DNA of 63,988 nucleotides, filler included, from Octopus bimaculoides (GCF_001194135.2; 5 parts of 5 records of this genome joined end to end with filler, not necessarily neighbours in it), one strand, 5' to 3'. Positions 12,650-24,474 are shown, counted from the whole stretch's first letter. Numbers and translations: made by a program. Notes: a model not told the origin generated them from the letters alone.

Positions 12650-13560
12650 ATTAAGATGACAAACTGGCAGAATCAGACAAAATGCTTAGCAGCAGTTTTT
12701 CTGGCTCTTTATATTCTAAGGTGAAATTCCACTGAGGTTGACTTTGCCTTTCATCCTTTCAGGATCAGTAAAATGAGTACCTGGGGTTGATGTAATCAAC
12801 TTAACCCAGAGTCACTAAAATAAGTATCAGTGGAGCAGTGGTGTCAATGCAATCAATCAATCAGCCTCTGCTCCCCAAATTTCAGGCCTTGTGCCTATGG
12901 TAGTAAAGATTGTTATTATTATTATTATCAAAGGTGGTAAGCTGGCAGAATCATTAGTGTGTCAGGCGAACTGGCAGAAACGTTAGCACGCCGGGCGAAA
13001 TGCTTAGTGGTATTTCGTCTGCCATTATGTTCTGAGTTCAAATTCTCCAGAGGTTGACTTTGCCTTTCATCCTTTCGGGGGTCGATAAAATTAAGTACCA
13101 GTTACGCACTGGGGTTGATGTAATTGACTTAATTCCTTTGTCTGTCCTTGTTCCTTAATTCCTTTGTCTGTCCCCTCTATGTTTAGCCCCTTGTGGGCAA
13201 TAAAGAAATAAGAATCATTAGTGTGTCAGATAACATGCTTAGTGGTATTTCTTTTGGTTCTTTTCGTTCTGAGCTCAAATGCTGCTGAGGTTGACTTTTC
13301 ATCCTTTCAGGGTTGATAAAATAAATACTAGTCAACTAGTGTGGTCAGTCTAATCATCTTGCCCTTCCTCTCAAAACTACTGGCCTTGTGCTGAAATTAG
13401 AACAAATTATTATTATTGTCAACTTCGCCTTTCATCCTTTCAGAGTCGATAAAATAAGCACCAGTTGAACACTGGGGTCGATGTAATCGACTAGTCCCCT
13501 TCTCCCAAATTTCAGGCCTTGTGGCAAAATTCGAAACCATTATCATTATTATTATTATTG
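12650..13560 (+). mobile_element. Cluster of tandem and nested tRNA-derived SINEs
   Basis: Repeated A-box-like tggcagaa.c.ttag, B-box-like gagttcaaattc, body gttgactttgcctttcatcctttc.ggg.tcgataaa and (ATT)n tails. A young copy at 12966-13210 has a 19-bp TSD. Confidence 0.85.
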
Positions 13561-13811
13561 TTCAGTAGTTTTATTTTTATAACGTGCTTTTACTTCACTA
13601 CTGAGTGCAGCTCTGTGCGCCTTGGGTATGTGCTGTGGTTTGCTGTGGTGCTCTTATGTTTACTGTATTGAAAGTGTTTTGCGTAGAATGTGTGCAGTGC
13701 CCAGTAGTGCAATTTTCTGTATGTTATATATATTTGTAAGTCCTGGTGTTTTTGTTATGTATTTGTCTGAATATTTTTTTATTATACCTAAGGCACCTAC
13801 TATGATAGGAA

Positions 13812-13816
<5 letters not shown>
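13560..13816 (-). mobile_element. R4/Dong-type 3' fragment, family B, with (ATT)n on both sides
   Basis: Minus strand reads TIPIIVGALGIIKKYSDKYITKTPGLTNIYNIQKIALLGTAHILRKTLSIQ*. Flanks are ATT arrays at 13539-13559 and 13817-13867. Confidence 0.85.
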
Positions 13817-13867
<51 letters not shown>

Positions 13868-13868
<1 letters not shown>

Positions 13869-14426
13869 CGGTGAGGTCAACCTTTGTTGATGAAATAAAG
13901 TACCAGTCAAGTACTGGGGTTGATGGTATTAGCTAATTCCTTCTCAAAATTGCTGGGTTTATGTCTAAATAATAAAACCTATCCTATTATCATGATCATT
14001 TAAGATGGCCAACTGGCAGAATTATTGGTGAGTTGGACAAAATGCTTTGTGGCATTTCTTCTGTTTCTCTCTACATTCTGAGTTCAGGTTCCACTGAAGT
14101 TGACTTATCATCCTTTCTGGGTTGGTAAAATAAGCACTAGTTGAGTACTCAGGTTAATGTACTCAACTTCCCCACCCCTCAAAATTGTTGGCCTTGCATG
14201 GCGATTTGGCAGAATTGTTGGCGTGCCAGACGAAATGCTTAGCAGTGTTTTGCCCATCGCTATGTTCTGAGTTCAAATTCCGCCATGGTCGACTTCACCT
14301 TTCATCCTTTTAGGGTCGATAAAATAAGCACCAGTTGAACACTGGGGTCGATGTAATCGACTAGTACACTTCCCTCAAATTTCAGGCCTTGTGGCAAAAT
14401 TCGAAACCATTATTATTATTATTATT
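13868..14426 (+). mobile_element. Further tandem SINE copies
   Basis: Same SINE body as 12650-13560. The copy at about 14200-14426 ends ggccttgtggcaaaattcgaaacc(att)n. Confidence 0.75.
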
Positions 14427-15627
14427 TTATGTTTGACTTTTGTTTTGCATTTGTACAAGTTGGATCCAAGTCTCACCCAGAGACCTCAAGAGACAACAAG
14501 TTAGAAGTTCATGTAGGTGTTATGCCTAGGGTACCATATATTTGGATTTGTACAGTTTTGTTCAAGTGAATGTTTAAGAAACCATAAGAAAATTATGTTT
14601 GCTTTAAAATTTGAGATCACATAGACAGTATTTTACGTAGGATATGGGCAGTTCCCATGAGCACTATCTTTTGNNNNNNNNNNNNNNNNNNNNNNNNNNN
14701 NNNNNNNNNNNNNNNNNNNNNNNNNNNNNNNNNNNNNNNNNNNNNNNNNNNNNNNNNNNNNNNNNNNNNNNNNNNNNNNNNNNNNNNNNNNNNNNNNNNN
14801 NNNNNNNNNNNNNNNNNNNNNNNNNNNNNNNNNNNNNNNNNNNNNNNNNNNNNNNNNNNNNNNNNNNNNNNNNNNNNNNNNNNNNNNNNNNNNNNNNNNN
14901 NNNNNNNNNNNNNNNNNNNNNNNNNNNNNNNNNNNNNNNNNNNNNNNNNNNNNNNNNNNNNNNNNNNNNNNNNNNNNNNNNNNNNNNNNNNNNNNNNNNN
15001 NNNNNNNNNNNNNNNNNNNNNNNNNNNNNNNNNNNNNNNNNNNNNNNNNNNNNNNNNNNNNNNNNNNNNNNNNNNNNNNNNNNNNNNNNNNNNNNNNNNN
15101 NNNNNNNNNNNNNNNNNNNNNNNNNNNNNNNNNNNNNNNNNNNNNNNNNNNNNNNNNNNNNNNNNNNNNNNNNNNNNNNNNNNNNNNNNNNNNNNNNNNN
15201 NNNNNNNNNNNNNNNNNNNNNNNNNNNNNNNNNNNNNNNNNNNNNNNNNNNNNNNNNNNNNNNNNNNNNNNNNNNCCTTCATTGATAATGCCAGCTGTAG
15301 TAGTCCTCGACCTCCCTCTTTTCTTGGCAGATAAAGACGTTCTATATCTGCCTTAGGGTGGTGCATTCTATGCATTGTCAACAGTTTTCGTATTTTTCTG
15401 TCAACATTACATATTTCAGTAATTGACCAGTTAACGATGTTGAAACTGTAAGTCACGACTGGTATGGCTAGAGCATTGATCGCTTCGATCCTGTTTCTCG
15501 CGTTCAGCTCTGTCTTCAGTATTGCTCTCACCCTGCGATAACATTCTCTTCTGATCCTTTCCCTCATCACTGAGTGCTTGATATTGTCCCCTTCAATTAC
15601 CCCTAGGTATTTGTAGCTCTCCGCTGG
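14427..15627 (-). mobile_element. R4/Dong-type retrotransposon, family C, 5'-truncated, with (ATT)n on both sides
   Basis: YKYLG, ELNARNRIEAINALAIPVVTYSF, MHHPKADIERLYLPRKEGGRGL, QKIVLMGTAHILRKILSM*. Central N gap. ATT arrays at 14409-14426 and 15628-15647. Confidence 0.88.
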
Positions 15628-15647
15628 TTATTATTATTATTATTATT

Positions 15648-15990
15648 CCGGTGATGTCAACTTTGCCTTTCATCCTTTTGGGGGGTCGATAAAATTAAGT
15701 ACCAGTGAAATATTGGGGTCGATGTAATCGACTTGTCCCCTTCCCACAAATTTCAGGCCTTGTGGCAAAATTCGAAACCATTATTATTATTATTAATATT
15801 ATTATTATTATTATTATTCCGGTGAGGTCAACTTTGTCTTTCATCCTTTTGGGGGATCGATAAAATTAAGTACCAGTGAAATATTGGGGTTGATGTAATC
15901 AACTAGTCCCCGTCCCACAAATTTCAGGCCTTGTGTCTCCAGCAGAAAAAAATATTATTATTATTATTATTATTATTGTTATTATTATTA

Positions 15991-16040
<50 letters not shown>
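15648..16040 (+). repeat. Two tandem truncated SINE units with (ATT)n tails directly upstream of exon 3
   Basis: Units starting ccggtga.gtcaacttt at 15648 and 15819; long (ATT)n at about 15954-16040. Confidence 0.8.
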
Positions 16041-16062
16041 GTCTACTTGTTTCTCTTCTCAG

Positions 16063-16297
16063 GTGCTCCGATAATACGACCTGTTTGGTGGATAGCACCC
16101 GAAGACCCTGTTGCACTGAAAATCGACTGTGAATTTCTTGTAGGGAACAATCTGTTGGTGGCACCGGTACTCGATTCTGGCAGTACATCCAGAGATATCT
16201 ACCTCCCTCATGGCAGCTGGAAGGACAATCTCAACAACAGGAAAATTAAAGGCGCTAAACTGTATAAAGATTTCAAAGTTGAACTTCATCAAATTGC
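16063..16297 (+). CDS. MYORG: MYORG-like GH31 homolog, exon 3 (C-terminal beta domain); 3' end and stop codon hidden in the N gap 16298-16796
   Basis: Acceptor tttctcttctcag|GT; phase 1 completes Gly. Translation (G)APIIRPVWWIAPEDPVALKIDCEFLVGNNLLVAPVLDSGSTSRDIYLPHGSWKD is a typical GH31 C-terminus. The spliced product is about 708 aa up to the gap, close to human MYORG length. Confidence 0.9.
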
Positions 16298-17982
16298 NNN
16301 NNNNNNNNNNNNNNNNNNNNNNNNNNNNNNNNNNNNNNNNNNNNNNNNNNNNNNNNNNNNNNNNNNNNNNNNNNNNNNNNNNNNNNNNNNNNNNNNNNNN
16401 NNNNNNNNNNNNNNNNNNNNNNNNNNNNNNNNNNNNNNNNNNNNNNNNNNNNNNNNNNNNNNNNNNNNNNNNNNNNNNNNNNNNNNNNNNNNNNNNNNNN
16501 NNNNNNNNNNNNNNNNNNNNNNNNNNNNNNNNNNNNNNNNNNNNNNNNNNNNNNNNNNNNNNNNNNNNNNNNNNNNNNNNNNNNNNNNNNNNNNNNNNNN
16601 NNNNNNNNNNNNNNNNNNNNNNNNNNNNNNNNNNNNNNNNNNNNNNNNNNNNNNNNNNNNNNNNNNNNNNNNNNNNNNNNNNNNNNNNNNNNNNNNNNNN
16701 NNNNNNNNNNNNNNNNNNNNNNNNNNNNNNNNNNNNNNNNNNNNNNNNNNNNNNNNNNNNNNNNNNNNNNNNNNNNNNNNNNNNNNNNNNNNNNNNTATA
16801 TATGTGTGTGTGTGTATATATATGTATATACACATACATATATACATACATACATACAAGCACACAAACATAACCTATTGGATTAAAAACTTTTTTTTCT
16901 TTTAATGTTTGGACGGTTCTGTGCGTGAGAGTAAGAGTTGAGGCAAATGGAATCCGTGGGTAGTAGTTTGGTGGGTGTAATTTCAACTAATTCTACTAAT
17001 GTGCCAATGAGATTATTAAAGGACTTGAGTGCTGTAACATTCCATATACTTCTCTGCTTGATGAATTCAGTACATTCCATAATCCTTACAATCATGTACA
17101 CACACACACATGCACACACACACACATGCACACATGCACACACACATACATGCACACATGCACACACACACACATGCACACACACACACGCATGCACACA
17201 CACACACGCACACACACATGCACCTAATCAAAGCTTCTGTCTCATTGACATAATTCTTATTCATTTGGTGTACCCATCATCATCATCATCATCATTGTCA
17301 TTGCTGTCATCAGTATTATCATCATCATCACCATCATCATCATTCGATGAGTAACAAGCAGTAAAAGAAAGAGGGGGCTTCCGCCTAATTAACATGCTGT
17401 ATTTTTTGGAATACAAAGTGAATTTTTTAGATTAAAATTTACTATAAAAAAAAAAAAAAAAGAAAAGATAGTTTGACTTCTGTGCCAAGATGACTTCAGA
17501 GGACCAAAAATTCCATGTGAAATGCGTCAAAATTTGGCAAGATAGTGGCAATGTTTGAATCTTTACACTACATGTTTATTCTGCATGTTATGTTGACTTG
17601 TATTCTGGAAAATACAGTAGCCATTATTAAACTTTTCTTTTACCTGGAGTAAACTTCAGCTGCTGTAACACCTACATCATCATCGTCATCAACACCATTG
17701 TAACCATAACTGTTGTTGTTGTTTATGTTGTCGTCATTACTTCCCGAGTAAAGGCTGGTGGAATTGGCTGAGATAGTTAAATTGCTTGAATAAATTTTGT
17801 CCTTTTCAGTCATGAGTTCTAAATCAGCTGGGTTTGCTTTTGCCCTGGGGTATGGGTGGCAGGTTATAAAAAAAATATATACAATGTAGTCAATGGAGTC
17901 TGATAAATCTCAAATTCTCTGAAGAGAGAGAGAGAAAAAAAAACATTGAATAAACCAAAAGAATCCAAAAGGGTATACACGT

Positions 17983-17984
<2 letters not shown>

Positions 17985-18060
<76 letters not shown>

Positions 18061-18240
18061 ATATACAAACATGCACATGTGCACACATGCACATGTGCAC
18101 ACATGCACAGTGCGCACGTGCATATACACAAACATGCACATATACACAAACATGCACATACACACATGGATGCACATACACAAACATGCACACTCGCATC
18201 TGCACAAAAACACACACACACACACACACACACACTTTCT
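17985..18240. repeat. (CA)n and degenerate CA/CATG microsatellite
   Basis: Direct inspection; representative of many such tracts. Confidence 0.95.
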
Positions 18241-19089
18241 CTCTCTCAAGATATACTGCTGCTTTTTTTCTCTTTCTATATATATATATATTTGTGTGTG
18301 TGTGAGTGGGTGTGTGTACCTTTGGTAAAGACATTTAACAAACTCTCTGAATAGGTTGTTGCTCTTGATTTTTTACCTCCAAGTCAGCCTTGGTTGAGTT
18401 GAACTTTCATAGTGAAAGACATTCCAGCTGTGGCGATCCTGTCTGAAACAACATTGTCTAATGTGTACTTCCATCATTTTTTTTACGACAGTATGATGTG
18501 AATCGGAGGAGGGGGAGATATATGAGATATGTTTGCTGGTCGAACCATTCTGCATAGGTTCACGGATTGACTGCCAAGGGGATTCGGGCAGAAATATTTC
18601 ATTAACTTGTAACACTAAACACCATATTATTGTCAGTGGGTGTAGAAAAACACCAAAGACATAATTCCGGTGTATGCTGTTCTTGGAATAATAATAACGA
18701 GAGGGAGAAGTCACTAGTGTTGACCGATTCCCCTGTGGAGTTACAGGTCATTTTTGTTGATCCAATGTAAATTTACATTGAATAAGCTTTAACAAAAAAA
18801 AAAAAAAANNNNNNNNNNAAAAAAAAAAAAAAAAAAACTTTTTGTGATTATTATTTATTATTCGTTTGTATTATTTTTGTATTACTTTCAATAAAAAGAT
18901 AATGATAAAAATTACATTTCAAAGAAGTCTTGTTATTATGATGTCTGAGAAATCTATGGTTGAAGTTCTGTTGCTTGAAAGCTTTGTGTATCTAATGGAA
19001 ACCGTGTGTAGGAAAGAGGTGCATAAATGCGGACAAAGTTGTGATGTTCATTCTTTTATTCTTTTACTTGTTTCATCCATTTGAAGGAA

Positions 19090-19612
19090 CATTGCCTTTA
19101 AGGGTATTTTAGTTGGAGAAATTGAACTACTTATTCTATCAGTCTCTTTTGCTGAACTGCTAAGGTATGGGGATGTAAACATACCAACATCAGATGTCAA
19201 GCAATGGTGGAGGACAAACACTGACACAAAGACACACAAACATAAATGTATACATACATACATACATACATATACGATGAGCATCTTTGAATTTTTGTCT
19301 ACCAAATCCACTCACAAAGCTTTGGTCGGCCCAAGGTGCCATGCAGTGGGACTGAACCTGGAACCATGTGGTTGGGAAGCAAGCTTCTTATTTCTTTATT
19401 GCCCACAAGGGGCTAAACATAGAGGAGACAAACAAGGACAGACAAAGGGGTTAAGTCGATTACATCGACCCCAGTGCGTAACTGGTACTTAATTTATCGA
19501 CCCCGAAAGGATGAAAGGCAAAGTCGACCTCGGCGGAATTTGAACTCAGAACGTAACGGTAGACGAAATACCGCTAAGCATTTCGCCCTGCGTGCTACAC
19601 AGCTGTACCTGT
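19090..19612 (-). mobile_element. SINE with a second SINE family inserted into its head
   Basis: Host ...ggttgggaagcaagcttctta|...|cacagctgtacctg is interrupted at about 19390-19597 by a copy of the 12966-type SINE. Confidence 0.75.
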
Positions 19613-19629
19613 GTATGATTTTGTTTTCA

Positions 19630-19831
19630 CCCCTTTAGCATTTAAGCCAGCCATGTCTGCCTCATGTTAAAACTGAGCAGATCCAACATCTCACCCCTAC
19701 CCTACAATGTCATTCTTAAATTATACAAGCACATCACTGACATCTTGAAGCTACAGTATAATGTGTGATTAATTCAAAACAATGGGAATAGATAAGTAGT
19801 ACATTTGACAAAGAAATCTGAATGCTAAAGG
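19630..19831. mobile_element. Short piggyBac-like MITE
   Basis: Termini ccctttagcatt...aatgctaaagg with ttaa on the right; left TSD degenerate. Confidence 0.45.
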
Positions 19832-20302
19832 TTAAGGAACAGAGATCATGTCAATACTAACAATCCCAAAATGTGTGAAGAATTCTGAGTAGCCAAATGA
19901 AATGTCTCAGGCCATTAATATATGCATAGGGTCATTGGGTCATCATTTGATATTACAACATGGAACATCTTGTATTATATGCACTAAATTTCTTTCACAT
20001 ATCAGTCATTACAGCAGCCACTCACTGTCAAAGGAAATAAAGAAACATGATAGTAGAGAATATATATATGTGTATATATGTCTTTTAGTCTTTTACTTGT
20101 TTCAGTCATTTGACTGCAGACATGCTGGAGCACCGCCTTTAGTTGAGCAAATCGACTCCAGGATTTATTCTTTGTAAGCATAGTACTTATTCTATCAGTC
20201 TCTTTTGCCGAACTGCTAAGCTACGGGGATGTAAACACACCACCATGTTGCGGGGACAAACACAGACACACAAACATATACACACACATACATATGTATA
20301 TA

Positions 20303-20387
20303 GACACAAATAATTACAGAGGCATCAAGCTGTTAGATCAGGTTATGGAAGTTACAGAGAGGGTCATAGCCCAACTAATTAGGGAGC
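20303..20387 (+). mobile_element. RTE RT fragment running into a gap
   Basis: acacaaataattacagaggcatcaagctgttagatcagg...cccaactaattagggag is near-identical to the reverse complement of about 5998-6082. Confidence 0.8.
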
Positions 20388-20487
20388 NNNNNNNNNNNNN
20401 NNNNNNNNNNNNNNNNNNNNNNNNNNNNNNNTTAATTAATTAANNNNNNNNNNNNNNNNNNNNNNNNNNNNNNNNNNNNNNNNNNNN
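20388..20487. other. Assembly gap linker (44 N + TTAATTAATTAA + 44 N); also at 33611-33710, 45390-45489 and 61866-61965
   Basis: Identical 100-bp construct at four places; the 12-mer gives stop codons in all six frames. Confidence 0.95.
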
Positions 20488-20549
<62 letters not shown>

Positions 20550-20972
20550 TTGTATGCATGTATATATGTATAATTGTTCGTTTGAACCCAATGCGCGCCA
20601 GATTAGGTCATAGAGCATAATATATCTCACTAATAATTCTTGTAGTTGCTGTTTCAAGAGGAATAAATAGTGTCCATGTTCTTGCAGGCCCTCTAAGACA
20701 AGTGAGTTTCGTGATATTAACGTTCCTCTTGAACTTATGCAAAGAAAGATAAGAGGAAGGTGGGAAATGCAGGGTATTTATGCTTCGAGAAGGAAGGACT
20801 GGGTGTAGTAATTTATGAGGTACTTCCGACATGTTTGATGCAACAAAGGTAATGAAAGGAGGTAAGACGATTAGGACAAGAAAATATGAATGGGAGGTGT
20901 CATGAGCCCAGCCTGATGTATGTAGCAGAGACCATTATAGTGCAGTAAAAAAAATCTGAGAGAAGACAATGC

Positions 20973-21538
20973 GGATCTTTTTTAAAACGGGGGCCACATT
21001 TTTCATTAACGAAACACTTTGAAACTTGGAACACTGGTAGAATGTGTCATATAAAACATCTTTTTCTCTTAGTCTTCTTAAAAAAAAAAAGAAATCCCTA
21101 AGTTATTCCATGTTAAATTTGTCGTATTTCTGTAATTTCAACCAATCACTGACGTCCATTCAGCCGATATACATTAAGTGCCGACTACATAAACAAACGA
21201 TTCTGAAACAATTCTATCGGTGATAGGGTTAGGGTTAGGGTTAGGGTAAAACAGCAAATTTAAAAAGAAAAAAGCAAAACGAAGCTATGGAAATTAAATA
21301 CGCTTTACACTGCTTAATCAGCCAAAGGAGTAAATATAAACAACTGAATACTTGTCAGTGATTGGTTGAAATTATCGAAATAAGACAATTTTTTACATGA
21401 AATAAATTCGAATACAAAAATATTTTTCTGTTCTATAACACAAAATAGATAAGTATACGAAGTTTGAAAGTCTTTCGGTACCAAAAACACTACGTAAAAC
21501 ATTAATGAAAAATGTGGCCCCCGTTTTAAAAAAGATCC
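20973..21538. mobile_element. Merlin-like MITE, complete copy
   Basis: TIR GGATCTTTTTTAAAACGGGGGCCACATTTTTCATTAA with its reverse complement at the right end. 8-bp TSD GACAATGC at 20965-20972 and 21539-21546 (alternative reading: 6-bp ACAATG with CGG termini). Subterminal inverted repeats and internal TTAGGG repeats. Confidence 0.8.
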
Positions 21539-21759
21539 GACAATGCACCAGTGTGCCAGGGGATGGTCTTTGACTGACTTTATGTCATTCAATCGAATTA
21601 CCTTCTTCTGGATACAGTCTAGGGCAGGGGTTCTCGACCGGGTTCCATATGGCCCCTGATAGTCCATTATAAGATTTTGCAGGGTCCACGCTACAACTGA
21701 ACAGCGGGTTCGTGACATTAATGTGCAAGTAGCTGATCACTATATAAACACGCGTACCC

Positions 21760-21955
21760 CATAGTCCTCCGGGAGATTCAGCATATCACAGAATGTGACA
21801 AGGCTGGTCCTTTTGAATTACAGGTACAACTCACTTCTGCCAGTCAAATGAGCTGGAGCAATGAGAAATAAAGTATCTTGCTCAAGGACGAAACGAACTC
21901 GCGACCTTACGATCGTGAGCTCAATACTCTAACCACTAAGCCACGCGCATTCACC
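21760..21955 (-). mobile_element. tRNA-derived SINE with CORE-like ccttgagcaag motif
   Basis: Minus head gtggcttagtggttagag...gtcgcgagttcg and body ccttgagcaagatacttta; related copy at 32810-33025. Confidence 0.6.
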
Positions 21956-22094
21956 TGAGCCTTGCAGAGTACGAAGAATTGTGGAGCGCGCGTGTGTGTG
22001 TGTGTGTGTGTAAACGTGTGTGTACGTGTATGTGTGTATGTGTATGTGCGTGTGCGTATGTGTGTGTGTGCATGTGTGCGTGTGTGTGTGTAAG

Positions 22095-23998
22095 AATTCA
22101 TTAGTGTCCTCCATTGCAGAGCTTCCAAGTGGTGTATCTGACCGGATCATGTCATGCCGTATTAAACTGACAAAAGGTAGGTTTCTTACCGTTGTCAGTA
22201 TTTATGCACCAACAATGTCCCATTCTGATGAAACTGTAAGACAGTTTTATGATGATCGAGCACAATTATTGAGGAAAGTACCAATTTTTGACAAGCTGGA
22301 CATATTGGGAGATTTCAACGCAAGATTTGGAAAGGACTACGTTTCATGGCCTGTTTTAGGTCGACATGGCATTGGAAAATGTAATAAAAATGGAGTAGCT
22401 CTTTTGACGTTTTGTACTGAGAATAATCTGGTTGTCACCAACATTCTGTTTAAGCAGAAAAATAAACCTAAAACCACCTGGATGCACCCAACATCTAAGC
22501 ACTGGCATCTCACAAATTATATTCTGATCAGAAAACGTGATATGAAAGATGTTTCTAGCGTTCGGGTCATGAGAGGAGCAGAGAGCTGGAAAAATAGATT
22601 TTTCGATAATGCCTCAAAGTCTGGTTCTAAGGTACCCAAAAAATTGAATGTTGCAAACTTTAAATTATCAAGCAGCTTGCAAAGATTCCATGATGCTATA
22701 GACAGTATCAATCTTGATCCAAACAATCTATGGGAAGATTTCAAAGCAAATGTATTTCAGGCTGCAAGATCATCAGTGGGATTTAAACCATGTAAGTTCA
22801 GTCACTGGTTCTCAGATAGATCAGCAGAAATTCATGATCTACTTTTAGAAAAACAAAACTTAGGCAATACACTTCTTTCTCGGTCCTTGAACACCAACTC
22901 AAACGAAGCTTACAGAAAGCTGAAAAGGAAAGTGCGGACTGCTCTAAGGAAAATTAAACAGGAATAGTGGAATGATAGAGCCAAAGGGGCACCAGAAGCT
23001 GCTGATAGAAATGATTCCAAGGGTTTGGTCTTCGAATTCAAAGGGCAGCATAAGCATTTGGTGGCTTGGAGTCACGCGTTTGGTGCCAGCGACATATAAA
23101 TAGGAATACAATGCTTGCTCTTTACAAATCATTCGTCTTACCATCCCTGTTGTATTCTTGTGAAACATGGACTTGTTATGAAAGGCATTTTAGATTGCTA
23201 GAACAATTCCACCAAAAATGCCTTCATCGCATTTTAAACATTAAATGGAGTTCTTTTACTCCAAACACAGATATCCTTGCTTCTGCAGACATCACCTCAA
23301 TTAAAGCTATGACTTTGAGGAACCAGATGAGATGGTCTGGCCATATTGTTCGAATGGCAGATGAACGCATGCGGAAACAGCTGTTTTATGGTGAGGTTGC
23401 AGAAGGGAAACGCTATCGGCGTAAACCTAAAAAAAAGGTTTAAGGACGGCATAAGGACTACCATGAAGTCACTTGGAATAGATCCAGAGGACATAGAAAC
23501 CCTTGCTTCGGATCGAGTTGGATGGCAAAAAAAGGGGGTGGAGTGGAGTGAAAGCGTTTCAAGAGGCCAGGATAACACATGCAAGACTCAAAAGAGGTTT
23601 AAGGTAGAATGTTACGATCGCGAAAGTGAATGACAAGGACCTTTTTGTATGCACAGTCTGTGACAGATCATACCTGTCTTTTGCTGGGCTGAAATCTCAT
23701 CTGCGAACCCATGGAAAACGAACCTCCACCCACTATTCTGCCTATATGTCTGTGCACACCTTTGAATGCAGTGTATACCAGAAAGTTTGCAAACCTAATG
23801 GAGGCCTCAAAAGGCATTTTAAGATCCACAAATATCAGAACTTATCTGCAGCTCTTGGTGGTTCAAATCGGATGTGTAATCTATGTGGGTGTCTTTTCAG
23901 AACATTGTCTGGTTTAAAACACCACATCAGATGCCGTGATGGTTCTAAGGTGTAGGTAGAGGAGGTGGTCAAATTCTGCATAAGGAGTAGACAACCAC
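22095..23998 (+). mobile_element. RTE/BovB-like LINE with RT core absent and three C-terminal C2H2 fingers
   Basis: APE motifs (SIYAPT, ILGDFNARFG, TWMHPTSKHWHL), post-RT motifs (SLLYSCETWT, RWSGHIVRM, QLFYGE), ZF region 23626-23955 and (ATGT)n tail from about 23999. Confidence 0.88.
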
Positions 23999-24474
23999 CA
24001 TGTATGTATGTATGAATATATGTATGTATGTATGTATGAATATATGTATGTATGTATGTGCTAGGCTAGATTAATACCCAGAGAGGCCCTAAGATTTTGG
24101 TGGCCCCATATGTAATTAATTCAAAATATAAACAATAATACCATAAAATAAATTCATATTTTTCAAAGTGAAATAGAACTAACAGTAACATAGAAAATAA
24201 TATCTTTATATACGACCAAGTGTATTTATATTTCAAAAGTTTTCTCTGACTTTTCTTAATAGCAAAATCTTTGATTAGATCCTCACTACGTTAGTATGAA
24301 CACTTCGAAATTATATTTCCAATCATATAAACCACTTTGAATATTAATTTAGCAAATTTAAAGTGGTTTCTTTTGAGCCACAAATCATTTACCATTTCTG
24401 TGGGGCCTCCTGCTTCCCTTGATGACCTAAGCACGTGCTTATTTTGCTTTATGGTTAATCCAGCACTGTGTGTG

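Noticed and set aside
12966-13060. tRNA genes at A-box/B-box motifs (also 32960-33025 and 53680-53770)
   Set aside because: These are SINE heads followed by SINE bodies and tails; no full cloverleaf could be supported.
15933-16062. Poly-Ile N-terminus of ORF 15933-16886 as a TM segment
   Set aside because: Translation of an intronic (ATT)n SINE tail upstream of the exon 3 acceptor.
16797-18354. Many HT/CV/YI dipeptide-repeat ORFs here and at 24291-25680, 45660-47670, 50665-51485 and 54903-55420
   Set aside because: Stop-free translations of microsatellites; ORFs spanning N runs are likewise artifacts.
20432-20443. TTAATTAATTAA palindrome recurring four times (also 33655, 45434, 61910)
   Set aside because: Always centred in exactly 44 N + 44 N; an assembly gap marker, not biology.
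23626-23955. Host C2H2 zinc-finger gene
   Set aside because: Continuous with the RTE C-terminus and followed by the element's tail; lacks TGEKP linkers.
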